In this document: piece after piece, positions 24,333-34,198 of the stretch | Layout of the letters: each line of letters opens with the position of its first letter | Numbering within the stretch: the first letter of the stretch is position 1 | Assembly: GCA_005239945.1 (NCBI GenBank) | Contig: SBAY01000363.1 | Coordinates: forward strand, 1 to 44,783 | DNA from: Nitrospira sp. | GTDB lineage: Bacteria > UBA9089 > CG2-30-40-21 > SBAY01 | Reading direction: 5' to 3' | Length of the DNA: 44,783 nucleotides | The notes under the pieces: model-generated | The model's input: the letters and a program-made list of their open reading frames with translations, nothing else | The model's database searches: none | Told to the model about the DNA's origin: nothing | Program-made: the position numbers and the translations under genes

Positions 24333-25595
24333 CTATCCTCTATTTATCGCCATTAAAAACTCCTTATTACTTTTTGTAGCCAGCATTTTCTCAACTATCA
24401 ATTCCATACTCTCAACCGGACTTAAGGGAGTAATTGCCTTACGCAGAAGCCAGACTTTATTTAAATCCGCTTCATCTAAAAGTAATTCTTCTTTGCGTGT
24501 GCCGGATTTAAGTATATTGATTGCAGGGAATAATCTGCGGTCAACTAAACTACGATCCAAAAGTACCTCCATATTCCCAGTGCCTTTGAACTCCTCAAAG
24601 ATAACATCATCCATTCTACTACCGGTATCAATCAAGGCGGTAGCTAAAATAGTCAAACTGCCGCCTTCTTCAATATTTCGTGCCGCACCAAAGAATCTCT
24701 TTGGCCGCTGTAAAGCATTTGAATCCACACCACCGGAAAGCACCTTACCTGAGGTAGGTACTACCTGATTATGTGCCCGGGCTAATCGGGTAATGCTATC
24801 TAAAAGAATAACCACATTGTGTTTATGTTCTACCAGCCTTTTTGCCTTTTCGATGACCATATCAGCTACCTGGACATGTCGGGTTGGAGGTTCATCGAAG
24901 GTAGAACTTATCACCTCACCCTTGACAGACCTTTCCATATCCGTAACCTCTTCAGGACGCTCATCAATCAATAAAACAATTAATTTTATATCCGGGTGAT
25001 TAGTGGTAATCGAATTAGCTAATTTCTGTAATAAAACCGTTTTCCCTGTGCGTGGTGGTGCCACAATCAATCCTCGCTGACCGGCTCCAATAGGTGTAAG
25101 TAAATCCATAATCCGCATAGATATTTCTTCTGCCCCTCGTTCTAAGTGAATCCTTTTCTGGGGATATAATGGTGTCAGGTTATCAAATAATATCCTATCT
25201 GAGGCCTTAGATGGGTCATTAAAATTAACAGCCTCTACCTTCAGAAGGGCAAAAAACTTCTCGTTCTCCTTAGGTGGTCTTATTTGCCCGGAGACCGTAT
25301 CCCCTGTCTTTAGACTAAATTTCCTTATCTGGGAAGGTGAGATATAAATATCATCAGGGGAAGGCAGGTAATTATATTTTGGAGACCTTAAAAAACCATA
25401 TCCATCAGGCAATGTCTCCAATACCCCTTCACCAAACAAAAGCCCTTTTTCTTGTGCTTGAGCTTGTAAAATGGCAAAGATAAGCTCTTGCTTTTTCATC
25501 CCACTTACACCCTCGATTTTCAAATTATGGGCTAAGTCGCTTAATTTTGAAATACTCATCCCTTGCAAGTCCACTAAGTTAAGTTGTGCTTCCAC
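24333..25595 (-). CDS. rho: transcription termination factor Rho
   Basis: 420 aa. GTG start with GGAGG 8 nt upstream. Rho N-terminal domain, the RNA-binding GFGFLR-like GYGFLRS, Walker A APPRTGKT, and the C-terminal SGTRKEELL. Confidence 0.96.
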   Translation of the reverse strand: MEAQLNLVDLQGMSISKLSDLAHNLKIEGVSGMKKQELIFAILQAQAQEKGLLFGEGVLETLPDGYGFLRSPKYNYLPSPDDIYISPSQIRKFSLKTGDTVSGQIRPPKENEKFFALLKVEAVNFNDPSKASDRILFDNLTPLYPQKRIHLERGAEEISMRIMDLLTPIGAGQRGLIVAPPRTGKTVLLQKLANSITTNHPDIKLIVLLIDERPEEVTDMERSVKGEVISSTFDEPPTRHVQVADMVIEKAKRLVEHKHNVVILLDSITRLARAHNQVVPTSGKVLSGGVDSNALQRPKRFFGAARNIEEGGSLTILATALIDTGSRMDDVIFEEFKGTGNMEVLLDRSLVDRRLFPAINILKSGTRKEELLLDEADLNKVWLLRKAITPLSPVESMELIVEKMLATKSNKEFLMAINRG

Positions 25596-25789
25596 TATTT
25601 TTTCCTCCTTTTACACACATTTTTTAGCCACAAAAACACAAAGACACTAAAAAGCTTTGAACCTGAAGCATAGAGCCTGGAGAAAAAGGATTTCCATGCT
25701 CCGTGCTCTTTGCTCAATGCTAATTCTTCGTGTCTTGGTGACTTTGTGGTACATCTCCCCTTCCTTAACATTATCTCATTTTGCAGAAA
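25596..25789 (-). repeat. structured ~140-170 bp repeat, copy 3 (5' of rho, minus orientation)
   Basis: The reverse complement reads ..ctgcaaaatgagataatgttaaggaaggggagatgtaccacaaagtcaccaagacacgaagaattagcattgagcaaagagcacggagcatggaaatcctttttctccaggctctatgcttcaggttcaaagc..gtctttgtgtttttgtggctaaaaaatgtgtgtaaaaggaggaaaaaata GTG(rho). Confidence 0.85.
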
Positions 25790-25795
25790 TCCTTT

Positions 25796-26488
25796 TTACT
25801 CTCTACTCTCTACTCTTTTTAAAAGATATATTGCCCCTACCCTTTCTTTGTCCTTTTTAATAGGTACACCGTCATATATAAACTCCTCTCCTTCAATGAA
25901 TATCCTTTCATTGATAATGGATGCGGAAGAATCATACTTCAAAGATGGAAAAACCTCATTTACGGATTTGCCAGTTATTTTTCTTCCACGCCCGGTAATT
26001 ACTAATTCACTACCTAGCGGATTTATATAGGTTATTTCCAACTTATTGTCTATAATCACTATCGGATATGGGAAATCGGAAAAGAGTATTTCATACTGTT
26101 GTTTATCTGCATCCGGACATCCTTCCCAGGCACAAATCAAATCGAATCTATTCCAGTAATCAACTACTCTACCTCTCGTATCCATAACAGGAATAGTCTT
26201 TACCCTCTTGAAATTTTGCAGTAATCCTTGTAAAACTTGATAATCCTTCTCTAAGTTTACAGGTATGAGATGATTGGTGATAACCTTGGTCAATGGTGTA
26301 TCTAAATTTGAGGTAATGGCAGAGGAGGCAATTAAACTATCTTTTACCAATACCCCGATTATACATTTATCCTTGTTCACTACAGGTAGGTTTTTTATGG
26401 GATATTTATAAAAAAAACCTAATATATCACTTTTGGTTCCCCTATCTTTTTTCATTCTTGATTGCCTTTGGAGTGCGAAAGATTGCAT
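25796..26488 (-). CDS. CBS-pair + PAS-like domain protein
   Basis: Two CBS-like repeats (PVVNKDKCIIGVLV; IPVMDTRGRVVDY), then a PAS-like PIVIIDNKLEITYINPLGSELV. The start is uncertain (ATG 26488 or 26455), and neither has a good SD. Confidence 0.5.
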   Translation of the reverse strand: MQSFALQRQSRMKKDRGTKSDILGFFYKYPIKNLPVVNKDKCIIGVLVKDSLIASSAITSNLDTPLTKVITNHLIPVNLEKDYQVLQGLLQNFKRVKTIPVMDTRGRVVDYWNRFDLICAWEGCPDADKQQYEILFSDFPYPIVIIDNKLEITYINPLGSELVITGRGRKITGKSVNEVFPSLKYDSSASIINERIFIEGEEFIYDGVPIKKDKERVGAIYLLKRVESRE

Positions 26489-26672
26489 TCGCTTTGGAAT
26501 GTCAAAGTGTTATTGTGTTTCTAAAAGTGGTACTAAACCATTGGATTTCATATAACCTTAAAATTCCTGAAGTATTAAATAAGTGATTGACATTTATAAG
26601 TAGAACTATTACGAAATTTGATTTTCTTGGCTTCCAGGAAAGATTTTTGGTTGGTTTCACTTTCCATTATAT

Positions 26673-26701
26673 AATATAACATAAAATCTTATTTATGTCA
26701 A
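26673..26701 (-). promoter_or_regulatory. sigma70-like promoter (TTGACA-17-TATATT on the minus strand)
   Basis: The minus strand reads ttgaca taaataagattttatgt tatatt. This would give a leader of about 180-210 nt before the CBS-PAS gene. Confidence 0.45.
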
Positions 26702-26762
26702 GTAAAAAATTAAGGAAATTAAAAAAATTCATCTCTTTTAAAAAATCCCCCTAACTTTTAAT

Positions 26763-27017
26763 AATCGTTCAAAGGATGGAATTTTTGAGGGGGAAAACCT
26801 TTTGAAAAAGGTTTACCCCCTCAAACTCCCCTTTTCCAAAACTTTTTAACAACAAGAGTATAAAATTTTATTTACCCCATTTCTTATAAATGGGTAAATA
26901 AAATTTTATACTCTTGTGGTTAAAAAGTTTTTAGGAAGAGAGGGGTTTAAGGGGAGAGAAACATTTTTTTCAAAAAGGGTTTCTCTCCCCTTAAAAAACA
27001 CCTCTCTTTGAACAATT
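26763..27017. repeat. ~255-bp compound palindrome: closing stem plus three hairpins
   Basis: The closing stem aatcgttcaaag (26763-26774) pairs with ctttgaacaatt (27006-27017). H1 is 26784-26825 (tttgaggggg..ccccctcaaa). H2 is 26836-26935, a stem of about 45 bp (aaactttttaacaacaagagtataaaattttatttaccc / gggtaaataaaattttatactcttgtggttaaaaagttt). H3 is 26951-26990 (ggggagagaaac / gtttctctcccc). Confidence 0.85.
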
Positions 27018-27018
27018 A

Positions 27019-28083
27019 CTAAAAGTTGAGGAATTTCTCCCTGATACTATTCTGCCAGTTTGGAGTGCTAATCTCAAATTTTATCATTAAATAAAGGACA
27101 GGAATGTCAGGGGGGACTACCTCTTTTAGCCGGACCATATCCTTTTCTGTAGTGATGATAAAACTTATTCCCTGTAAGCAATCTATTAATTTATAGACAT
27201 CCTTTTTGGTATAAGCATAATGGTCAGGGTATTTTAGGTGTAGAAAATGTCGTGGGGTAAGTTTCTTTAAAATAGCCTCAAAAGAATCAGGGTCACCTAT
27301 ACTCGATAAGGCTAAAATATCAATATCCTTGATGAATTCTAAGGGGTATTCCTCCTTTGAATCCAGGCTGATAAATTTTATGGGTGTATGTCTGCTTTCT
27401 AATATTGGGGCATTGGGATTAACCCTTTTTAAATCCTGAACAATGGCGGTTCTATTCAATGATTGGTCTATTTTGGTAATAATAAAAATATTTGCCCGTT
27501 TTAAATTCTTAATCGGCTCCCTGAGTATTCCTGCCGGGAAAAGACTGTTATTGCCATAATGGTTCTTGCCGTCTATTAAAACTATGTCCAGATCTCGTTT
27601 AAGTGGCAGGTACTGAAACCCATCGTCAAGGACAATTATTTCCGCCCCAAATTTATCTATGGCATATTTTGCTGATTTGACCCTATCCGTGCCAATAATG
27701 ATTGGCACGGTAGGTAATCGTTTAGCTAAAAGATACGGCTCATCTCCCGACTCGGTCACACCCAGTAGTATTTGCTTACCATCTGAGACAACAGCCATTT
27801 TATTTTCGTTACGACTTTTATAACCTCGGCTTAAAATGGCTACTTTTTTATCGGAAAACAAACGGGCTATTTCGATTATCGCCGGAGTCTTGCCTGTCCC
27901 ACCCAGGGTAATATTGCCGATACTTATGACCTTTGCTGGCGCCTGTGTCTGCCTTAGGAGCTTCGTTTTATAGAGAAATAACCTTAGTTGAACAACTAAA
28001 TAGTAGAGGCAGGAGATAAAATTCAATATAGATAGGATTAATTTGTTACCCTTTTCCTTTTCTCGAATAATGTACTCGATCAT
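27019..28083 (-). CDS. lpxK: tetraacyldisaccharide 4'-kinase
   Basis: An N-terminal hydrophobic helix, the P-loop GNITLGGTGKTP and SRGY. 354 aa. Confidence 0.87.
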   Translation of the reverse strand: MIEYIIREKEKGNKLILSILNFISCLYYLVVQLRLFLYKTKLLRQTQAPAKVISIGNITLGGTGKTPAIIEIARLFSDKKVAILSRGYKSRNENKMAVVSDGKQILLGVTESGDEPYLLAKRLPTVPIIIGTDRVKSAKYAIDKFGAEIIVLDDGFQYLPLKRDLDIVLIDGKNHYGNNSLFPAGILREPIKNLKRANIFIITKIDQSLNRTAIVQDLKRVNPNAPILESRHTPIKFISLDSKEEYPLEFIKDIDILALSSIGDPDSFEAILKKLTPRHFLHLKYPDHYAYTKKDVYKLIDCLQGISFIITTEKDMVRLKEVVPPDIPVLYLMIKFEISTPNWQNSIREKFLNF

Positions 28084-29297
28084 TTTACTCCCTTTATATG
28101 TGGAAAAATAGTCATTCGGATACCAAAATAACCAACGACGGAAAACCCATCAGGCGTCTTCATAAAACATAAATCAAATCCTAAAAACCGCTCAATAGAG
28201 GTATTTATTAATAAATTATCTCCTGAGGGTATAATTCCTTCGATATTAATTTGCCGATTAAATAGTTTTGTATCCAACCCAAAGACAAGTGCCTTTTTAT
28301 CGGATACCTTCATATATTCCGATAATGGATTAAGCAAATGCCCTATTTCGCCAGACATCATACCCAGATGGTAGCCGGTATTTTTAAATTTCTTGCTCAC
28401 CATAAGATATGGATAGCCAAATCTATCGGATTTACCAGAGAATTGACCACCCATCTGGGCAGGGGTAGCCGCCTGACCTTGAATAACTAAAAACCATTCA
28501 TAACCTACTCCAAGTCCAGGGATTTTCTCTTTCTCTTTTAGTAAGCAATACTTAAAGTCTGTTGATAAAAACAGGAATTTGATTGGCTCAAAAAGCTCAC
28601 CACCAGCCATACTATGCCATAATTCACCAATGTAATAGGCGAAGATAAAATCTGCGTTTAGTCCTGATTTACTATCCCGTCTATAAGCAGTTGGAACGAG
28701 TATTAAGCCGGTATTTAAAAGGGTAGGAGTACCAACTGTGACAGTTCCAACGGTCAGGGTTCCATCTAAAGGTGTCGTTTGCGTGCCTGCATCAGTAGTC
28801 GTAGTCCCTTCTGTGAACGAGGGGGTAATTGTGCCTATGGGTGGCGGTTGCTGTGGTGGAGTTACTGTTCCTAATGTAGCAGGAGTACCTACTTGTGGCG
28901 GAGGTGGAGGAGTAATTTCGGGAGTAAGAGTCCCAACCTCGGTAGTTGCCGTTCCAACGGTTAAGGTTCCAGCTAAAGCCGTGGTTTGCGTGGCTGTGGA
29001 AATGATGGTAGTCCCTTCTGCAGACGGCACGGTAATCGTTCCCATGGTTTCCTCCTGTGGTGATTGCTGTGGTGGAATTGTTGTTTCTGATGTGCTGGGA
29101 GTGCCTACCTGGGGAGAAGAAGTAATCTCTGGAATTGAAGTGTCCACCTCCACAGTGGTAGCGGTACCAATTGTTGAAGTTCCCACTACAGGGGTAATTA
29201 TCGGTTCTTCCCACAAGGGTAGTTTCTCATCCAATTCTTGCCCAAAAGCCAATCCAACCATTAAAATTAAATAACCAAGACATAAAATCTTTTGCAT
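28080..29297 (-). CDS. secreted protein with a Thr/Pro/Gly-rich tandem-repeat N-region and a beta-rich C-domain (possible OM barrel)
   Basis: A signal peptide, then two repeats of about 70 aa (..GT.T.EV.T..PEIT..PQVGTP....T.PPQQ.P...GTIT.S..EGTT...A.TQTT.L.GTLTVGT), then a Gly/Tyr/Phe-rich C-half. Its stop overlaps the lpxK start (ATGA). Confidence 0.45.
   Translation of the reverse strand: MQKILCLGYLILMVGLAFGQELDEKLPLWEEPIITPVVGTSTIGTATTVEVDTSIPEITSSPQVGTPSTSETTIPPQQSPQEETMGTITVPSAEGTTIISTATQTTALAGTLTVGTATTEVGTLTPEITPPPPPQVGTPATLGTVTPPQQPPPIGTITPSFTEGTTTTDAGTQTTPLDGTLTVGTVTVGTPTLLNTGLILVPTAYRRDSKSGLNADFIFAYYIGELWHSMAGGELFEPIKFLFLSTDFKYCLLKEKEKIPGLGVGYEWFLVIQGQAATPAQMGGQFSGKSDRFGYPYLMVSKKFKNTGYHLGMMSGEIGHLLNPLSEYMKVSDKKALVFGLDTKLFNRQINIEGIIPSGDNLLINTSIERFLGFDLCFMKTPDGFSVVGYFGIRMTIFPHIKGVK
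28745..29195 (-). repeat. in-frame tandem repeat of ~210-225 bp (two units) encoding the T/P/G-rich region
   Basis: Two diverged units are visible in the protein. The low complexity creates long spurious ORFs at 28738-29274 (+) and 28792-29214 (-). Confidence 0.7.
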
Positions 29298-29356
29298 TGA
29301 GCACCTCGGTATGTATATTTTACAACCTAATCCTCACTTTGTCAACTATTTTTATA

Positions 29357-29385
29357 TTGACTTTCTGCAAAGAACCGTGTATAAT
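29357..29385 (+). promoter_or_regulatory. sigma70 promoter TTGACT-17-TATAAT abutting the gatB start
   Basis: TTGACT 29357-29362, 17-bp spacer, TATAAT 29380-29385. Ten nt precede ATG 29396, with no SD. Confidence 0.55.
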
Positions 29386-29395
29386 GAAGAATACT

Positions 29396-30826
29396 ATGAA
29401 TTACGAGGCAGTTATTGGTTTAGAAACCCATGTTCAATTAAAGACCAAATCCAAGATATTCTGTGGTTGTTCGACTAATTTTGGGGCTGAACCTAATTCG
29501 CAGACCTGCCCGGTATGTTTAGGGTTTCCTGGTGTATTACCGGTTTTAAATAAAAAGGTGGTGGAACTCGCTCTTAAATCTGCCTTAGCCCTAAATTGTC
29601 GGATTACCCCAAATTGTAAGTTTCACCGCAAAAATTACTTCTACCCTGACCTGCCAAAGGCATACCAGATATCCCAGTATGATGAGCCATTGGCTATTGA
29701 TGGGTATTTAGATGTGGAAGGGGTTAAAATAGGGATTACCCGGGTGCATTTAGAAGAGGATGCGGGCAAACTTATTCATACGCAAGAAGGGGATAGCCTG
29801 GTGGATTATAATCGTTGTGGGATGCCGTTAATTGAGATAGTCAGCCACCCTGATTTAAAAACTCCACACCAGGCTTATGAATACCTCACGAATTTAAAAG
29901 CTATCCTCGAATACCTCGAGGTCTCAGATTGCAATATGGAAGAGGGGTCATTACGCTGTGATGCCAATGTCTCCATTAGACCTGTTGGACAGGTTGAACT
30001 CGGCACGAAAACCGAGGTAAAAAATATGAATTCCTTCAAGGCGGTAGAGCGGGCACTAACCTATGAAATAGAAAGGCAGATTAAGGTTGTTCAACAAGGC
30101 GAGCAAATTAACCAGGAGACAAGGTTGTGGGATGAGAAAAAGGAGATAACTACCCCGATGCGAAGCAAAGAGGAGGCTCATGATTACCGCTATTTCCCAG
30201 AGCCTGATTTAGTGCCGTTAGAGGTCTCACAGGAGTGGACAGAGAAGATAAAAGCCGGTATCCCAGAATTACCTCAAGCCAAAAGACAGCGATTCATGGC
30301 AGGCTACGAATTACCACCTTATGATGCCCAGGTATTGACGGCAAACAAATCTTTAGCCGATTTCTTCGAAAATACCACCAAACTCTATCCAAAACCAAAG
30401 ATGGTCAGCAATTGGATAATGACCGAGGTGTTAGGCTATTTAGCTGGGGCAAATTTAGATATTAGCCAATCTAAACTTACCCCAACACATCTGGTTAAAA
30501 TGTTAGAACTGATTGATACCGGCACGATAAGTGGTAAAATTGGTAAAGAGGTATTGCCTGAAATATTTAAAACCGGTAGAGCGCCGGTTGAAATAATTCA
30601 GGAAAAAGGGCTAACTCAAATCACAGATGGAGATGAGATAGTAAAGGTGATTGAGCAGGTAATCACGGAGAACCCAAAGGCAGTTGAAGACTATAAAGCC
30701 GGTAAAAAGGAGACATTAGGTTTCCTGGTCGGTCAGGTGATGAAACTGACCAAAGGTAAGGCAAACCCGCAGCTCACAAATAAACTTTTGCAAGAAAGAA
30801 TAGGACTTGACCTATTCTTGTTGTAG
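29396..30826 (+). CDS. gatB: Asp/Glu-tRNA amidotransferase subunit B
   Basis: Trimmed to [15 protein letters not shown], the canonical GatB N-terminus. Also [12 protein letters not shown] and a C-terminal YqeY-like GKANPQ region. The ORF-track start at 29297 reads through the promoter. Confidence 0.92.
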   Translation: MNYEAVIGLETHVQLKTKSKIFCGCSTNFGAEPNSQTCPVCLGFPGVLPVLNKKVVELALKSALALNCRITPNCKFHRKNYFYPDLPKAYQISQYDEPLAIDGYLDVEGVKIGITRVHLEEDAGKLIHTQEGDSLVDYNRCGMPLIEIVSHPDLKTPHQAYEYLTNLKAILEYLEVSDCNMEEGSLRCDANVSIRPVGQVELGTKTEVKNMNSFKAVERALTYEIERQIKVVQQGEQINQETRLWDEKKEITTPMRSKEEAHDYRYFPEPDLVPLEVSQEWTEKIKAGIPELPQAKRQRFMAGYELPPYDAQVLTANKSLADFFENTTKLYPKPKMVSNWIMTEVLGYLAGANLDISQSKLTPTHLVKMLELIDTGTISGKIGKEVLPEIFKTGRAPVEIIQEKGLTQITDGDEIVKVIEQVITENPKAVEDYKAGKKETLGFLVGQVMKLTKGKANPQLTNKLLQERIGLDLFLL

Positions 30827-33325
30827 TGCGGCTAAACTATTTCTGGCTGGGCTATAATTTGGGTCTATGGCAAGCACCTTTTGAAAGGCATCTATGGCCT
30901 CAAACCTTTTCCCTAACTGCGAATAGGCTATACCAAGATTATAAAGTGCGGCGATATTCCCCGGCTTTAAGGAGATAGCCTTCTGGAAGGAGACAACGGC
31001 TTCATTTAGCTTACCCTTAGAGATATAGGCACTACCCAGATTTATATGAATAAAATCCTGGTTTGGGTCTAATTGGGCGGCTTTTTCGTATTCTGAAATG
31101 GCCTTATCCACCTCCCCTACCCTTTGATAGACCATCCCTAACCCATAGTAACCCTTAGCATCCTGGGGTCCAAGTTCGATAATTTTATTGAATTGTCCAA
31201 TTGCCTCTTGAGTTTGACCTGAGTCGTTATAGACCATGCCAATATTATAATAACTTATCAATCGTTCTGGGTCGGCCAGTAGTGCCTTTTGGTATTCTGC
31301 GATAGCCTGAGAATATTTACCCATATCCTTGAAAAACCCACCGCGATTGTTATAGGAAGTGGCATAGTTAGAAATGTTACTTGCTACCCGCTCTTCTTTA
31401 TAAATACTTTCGTCAAGTATGCCTCGATACCTAAACCGTAAGTTCTCATCTATGGCAGATAACTGTTCTTTTAAGGTTGCCTCCTTTTTGAAGACCCGAT
31501 GGCAGATGCCTGTCGGCACTAAGGTATAACCCTGGGCTATACTTTCATCAAAGGGTAGAAAAACAGGCCGATTGGGATTAGCCTCAAAAATGGCGTCAAA
31601 CCGTGTCTTGATAATTCGGCTTGCCTCGTCGGTTAGCCTTTTCACCCTGTTTTGCGGCACAAACTCAAAATTCAACTCCCGCTTAATCTGATTAGCATAC
31701 CAATCTAAATATAATGAATGCTGGTCAATTAAGGTTACATCCTGGCGGATATTTTCTACATAATGAAGATACCACAACGGAAAGGCAAAGGTATCGCCTT
31801 TGATGTAAAGGATTGATTTTTCGTCTAATGGGGAAAGGATATTCATCCCATAGTCATAAGAGTAATAATTTTTGCGGTGGTCTCCATAATGATGATTACA
31901 AGCCCAGGAAATTACCGGGATAAGAAGGAAAAAATAGGGTAGAAGGACAGCTAAAATCCCCTGCTTTATCCTTTTACCCAGCCACTCATTGAATATTCCC
32001 ACCCCATAGCCAATAAACAAACTATAAATAATATAAGACGGGATATAATAATCCTCGATGTTATGGATACTATACCTTGAGGAATGAAGAAAATCCACCA
32101 TAACAATTAACCCTAGGTAGATGAAGGTGTTCACCCTTTGTTTGTAGAAGAAAAACAGCCCGACAAATCCAATCCAAATGAGATATGGAGTGAATTGGTT
32201 GATGAAAAATATAGGGTGCTCAACAAATATTCGTTTAAGCAGGGTTGGAAGTGAGGTAGCAAAATAATAGCCATATTCCTTAGCCGTGATATGGTCAATA
32301 AACCGCTCAAAATTATCCGGGCAACCCCAGTTAATTATGGGATGGGCCGCGGCACGAACAGGTAAGTAGGCATATAAAATGATGGGTAGGAAAAACAGAC
32401 AGGCCATCTTAAGTATGGCGTTAAATGTTAAGAGGTTAGGGTGCTTGCGCCAGATTATGATGATAAGAAACGCACTTGCCGGCACTAAGAATATAGTTTG
32501 CAAGTGGTGGGTGAAGGCTAATCCGAGGGTGAAAGCGAATAAGTAAAGTAAGCCTGGAGCGTGGAGCGTGGAGCGTGGAGCGTGGAGTTTTTTTCTCCCT
32601 GCTTCCTGCTCCGTGCTCCGTGCTCCCCACTCCTTTCTCCCTGCTTCCTGCTCCATGCTCCGTGCTCCGTGCTCCATGCTTTGTGCTTCTACCCATTTCA
32701 GGAGGATAAAAATCAAGACAGTGGCAAACAAGGCATTCAGGGTGTATTTCTCGGCAATAACTGCCTGCTGCCAGAAGACACGGGCAAAACATAGCATTAA
32801 AGCGGCTATTACCGCAGGGATGAGGAACGAAAGCATGGAGCGTGGAGCGTGGAGCGTGGAGCGTGGAGCGTGGAGCGTGGAGTTTTTTTCTCCGTGCCCC
32901 GTGCTCCGTGCTCCGTGCTCCGTGCTCCTACCTACTTTTAAACTTATAAAATACACCATCATCACGGCTAAGGCGGCACTTGCAGCCGAAAATAGGTTGT
33001 AGCGATAGGCAATGTTGCCCAATGGAATAAGACTAAATAGCTTACCGAGGAGGCAATACAAAGGATAACCGGGTGGATGTGGAATACCAAGGGTATAGGA
33101 CGCCCCTATCATATCCCCGGAATCATGCAGGTCTATCGTTGGGGTTAAGGTATGAAGGTAAATAAAGAAGGAAAAGAGGAAGACTCCTATGCCCACAAAA
33201 TAATCAGGGAGGGTAAAAATTCTCGGCGTGATTACCTCCGTCGACGGTTTTATAAAATCCAATAAGGGTTTTTTCGAAGGCGATATTGATTTTGGCTTTG
33301 GTGATTTTTTCTTCTTTTTCCCCAT
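30812..33325 (-). CDS. DUF2723-type (TMEM260-like) GT-C membrane glycosyltransferase fused to C-terminal TPR repeats, with two repeat-derived in-frame insertions
   Basis: [24 protein letters not shown] is the DUF2723 signature as I recall it. Many TM segments, and at least 6 TPR units at the C-terminus ([26 protein letters not shown] ..). The start is set at ATG 33325 (MGKKKKK) because a consensus promoter occupies 33336-33364. Confidence 0.7.
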   Translation of the reverse strand: MGKKKKKSPKPKSISPSKKPLLDFIKPSTEVITPRIFTLPDYFVGIGVFLFSFFIYLHTLTPTIDLHDSGDMIGASYTLGIPHPPGYPLYCLLGKLFSLIPLGNIAYRYNLFSAASAALAVMMVYFISLKVGRSTEHGARSTGHGEKNSTLHAPRSTLHAPRSMLSFLIPAVIAALMLCFARVFWQQAVIAEKYTLNALFATVLIFILLKWVEAQSMEHGARSMEQEAGRKEWGARSTEQEAGRKKLHAPRSTLHAPGLLYLFAFTLGLAFTHHLQTIFLVPASAFLIIIIWRKHPNLLTFNAILKMACLFFLPIILYAYLPVRAAAHPIINWGCPDNFERFIDHITAKEYGYYFATSLPTLLKRIFVEHPIFFINQFTPYLIWIGFVGLFFFYKQRVNTFIYLGLIVMVDFLHSSRYSIHNIEDYYIPSYIIYSLFIGYGVGIFNEWLGKRIKQGILAVLLPYFFLLIPVISWACNHHYGDHRKNYYSYDYGMNILSPLDEKSILYIKGDTFAFPLWYLHYVENIRQDVTLIDQHSLYLDWYANQIKRELNFEFVPQNRVKRLTDEASRIIKTRFDAIFEANPNRPVFLPFDESIAQGYTLVPTGICHRVFKKEATLKEQLSAIDENLRFRYRGILDESIYKEERVASNISNYATSYNNRGGFFKDMGKYSQAIAEYQKALLADPERLISYYNIGMVYNDSGQTQEAIGQFNKIIELGPQDAKGYYGLGMVYQRVGEVDKAISEYEKAAQLDPNQDFIHINLGSAYISKGKLNEAVVSFQKAISLKPGNIAALYNLGIAYSQLGKRFEAIDAFQKVLAIDPNYSPARNSLAALQQE
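32553..32690. repeat. GGAGCGT-heptad hairpin element inside the glycosyltransferase CDS (copy b, right arm duplicated)
   Basis: cc tggagcg tggagcg tggagcg tggagcg tggag tttttttctcc ctgcttcctgctccgtgctccgtgctcc ccactcctttctcc ctgcttcctgctccatgctccgtgctccgtgctcc. It translates on the minus strand as ..[43 protein letters not shown].. Confidence 0.9.
32833..32928. repeat. GGAGCGT-heptad hairpin element inside the glycosyltransferase CDS (copy a)
   Basis: (ggagcgt)x6 ggag ttttttt ctcc gtgcccc (gtgctcc)x4. It translates on the minus strand as ..[32 protein letters not shown].. between two hydrophobic segments. Confidence 0.9.
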
Positions 33326-33335
33326 CTTGATTAGT

Positions 33336-33364
33336 ATTATACCCCAAAAGCGTATTTTTGTCAA
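33336..33364 (-). promoter_or_regulatory. consensus sigma70 promoter (TTGACA-17-TATAAT on the minus strand) abutting the glycosyltransferase start
   Basis: The minus strand reads ttgaca aaaatacgcttttgggg tataat actaatcaag ATG(33325). Ten nt separate the -10 box from ATG, with no SD. Confidence 0.55.
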
Positions 33365-33551
33365 ACTTTTTATCTCTACAATGGGGTTAAATTTTATCTG
33401 TGGACTACTTCAGAGTCAAATTTACTACTAAAGAAAAAAAGGAAGATTTTTTTCGTAGAGAGATAATGACCTAACTATATGTGAATCATATAGTTACAGA
33501 ATTTGGCTTATGCCCTGCTATAGTTTTTTTAAAAAAAATTAAACTTTTTAC

Positions 33552-33580
33552 TTGACATATTCAAGGTTATATGATAAATT
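33552..33580 (+). promoter_or_regulatory. sigma70-like promoter TTGACA-17-TAAATT for the two-gene orphan cassette
   Basis: TTGACA 33552-33557, 17-bp spacer, TAAATT 33575-33580. The ORF-track start at 33552 coincides with the -35 box. Confidence 0.5.
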
Positions 33581-33626
33581 AAAAGATATTGTATCCTCTC
33601 TTATCCTGTTATCCTGCTCAAAAAAG

Positions 33627-34142
33627 ATGAAAAATCTGCCGATAAATATATTAAGGAATAAAATAATGAATAATAAAGGGTTTCCATTTAATATTGTGTG
33701 TGATAAATTAAATAGTTTTTTACCCACAAAAGACGACTTTTCTGATATTAATTTAGTTATTGGAAAAATGCAAGCAGAAAGAGAATTTCCAGTTGCTGTT
33801 TTTGCCTCTGAAGCTCTCCTGAATAGATTAGTCAAGCATGAGAGTCCATATCAACTCACGGAGGAAGCACATTGGTTAATAAGAGACTTCAAATGGAAAT
33901 TTACTCGTGAGTTTATTGAGGAGCAAATTATGGGTAGGCTAAGAGGAAATTTCCCACTTCTATATGATAAACTTCTTTCGGAAATGATGTCTATTTTTTG
34001 GATACTTATCGACAAAAAAGTTTTTATAAAAGAAACTATTGAGAAAAAAGCAGATGAGAAACTAATTAGACCCACTACCTTCTTATTCCTTTTAGTCATT
34101 TACGGAATACAAAAAACAACTGAGGAGCAATTTATTACTTGA
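33627..34142 (+). CDS. hypothetical protein (no recognisable motif)
   Basis: An open frame in a very AT-rich stretch. The start is ATG 33627, or ATG 33666 (AAGGA 8 nt upstream). The protein is predicted to be mostly helical with a hydrophobic C-terminal segment (TTFLFLLVIYGI). Confidence 0.4.
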   Translation: MKNLPINILRNKIMNNKGFPFNIVCDKLNSFLPTKDDFSDINLVIGKMQAEREFPVAVFASEALLNRLVKHESPYQLTEEAHWLIRDFKWKFTREFIEEQIMGRLRGNFPLLYDKLLSEMMSIFWILIDKKVFIKETIEKKADEKLIRPTTFLFLLVIYGIQKTTEEQFIT

Positions 34143-34198
34143 GGAAAATAAACCTACCCTAGCAACAAATCAGAATTAAAAAAAATAAAGGAGAAAAT

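Noticed and set aside
28738-29274. Long ORFs on both strands (28738-29274 +, 28792-29214 -) overlap the T/P-rich gene.
   Set aside because: They are artefacts of the low-complexity ACC/CCA/GGT-rich repeat, which stays open in several frames. Only the minus-strand frame with a signal peptide, a downstream folded domain and coupling to lpxK is credible.
30812-30826. The gatB and glycosyltransferase 3' ends overlap by 15 bp in convergent orientation (CTATTCTTGTTGTAG), which could be a regulatory palindrome.
   Set aside because: The sequence is not self-complementary, and the overlap simply reflects each TAG stop lying within the other gene's last codons. No hairpin is evident, so it is likely incidental.
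32553-32928. The regularly spaced GGAGCGT / GTGCTCC repeats could look like a CRISPR array or a minisatellite.
   Set aside because: The units are 7 bp with no spacers, form two arms of a hairpin, and lie inside a continuous 2.5-kb ORF. There are no cas genes and no repeat-spacer periodicity of about 60-70 bp.
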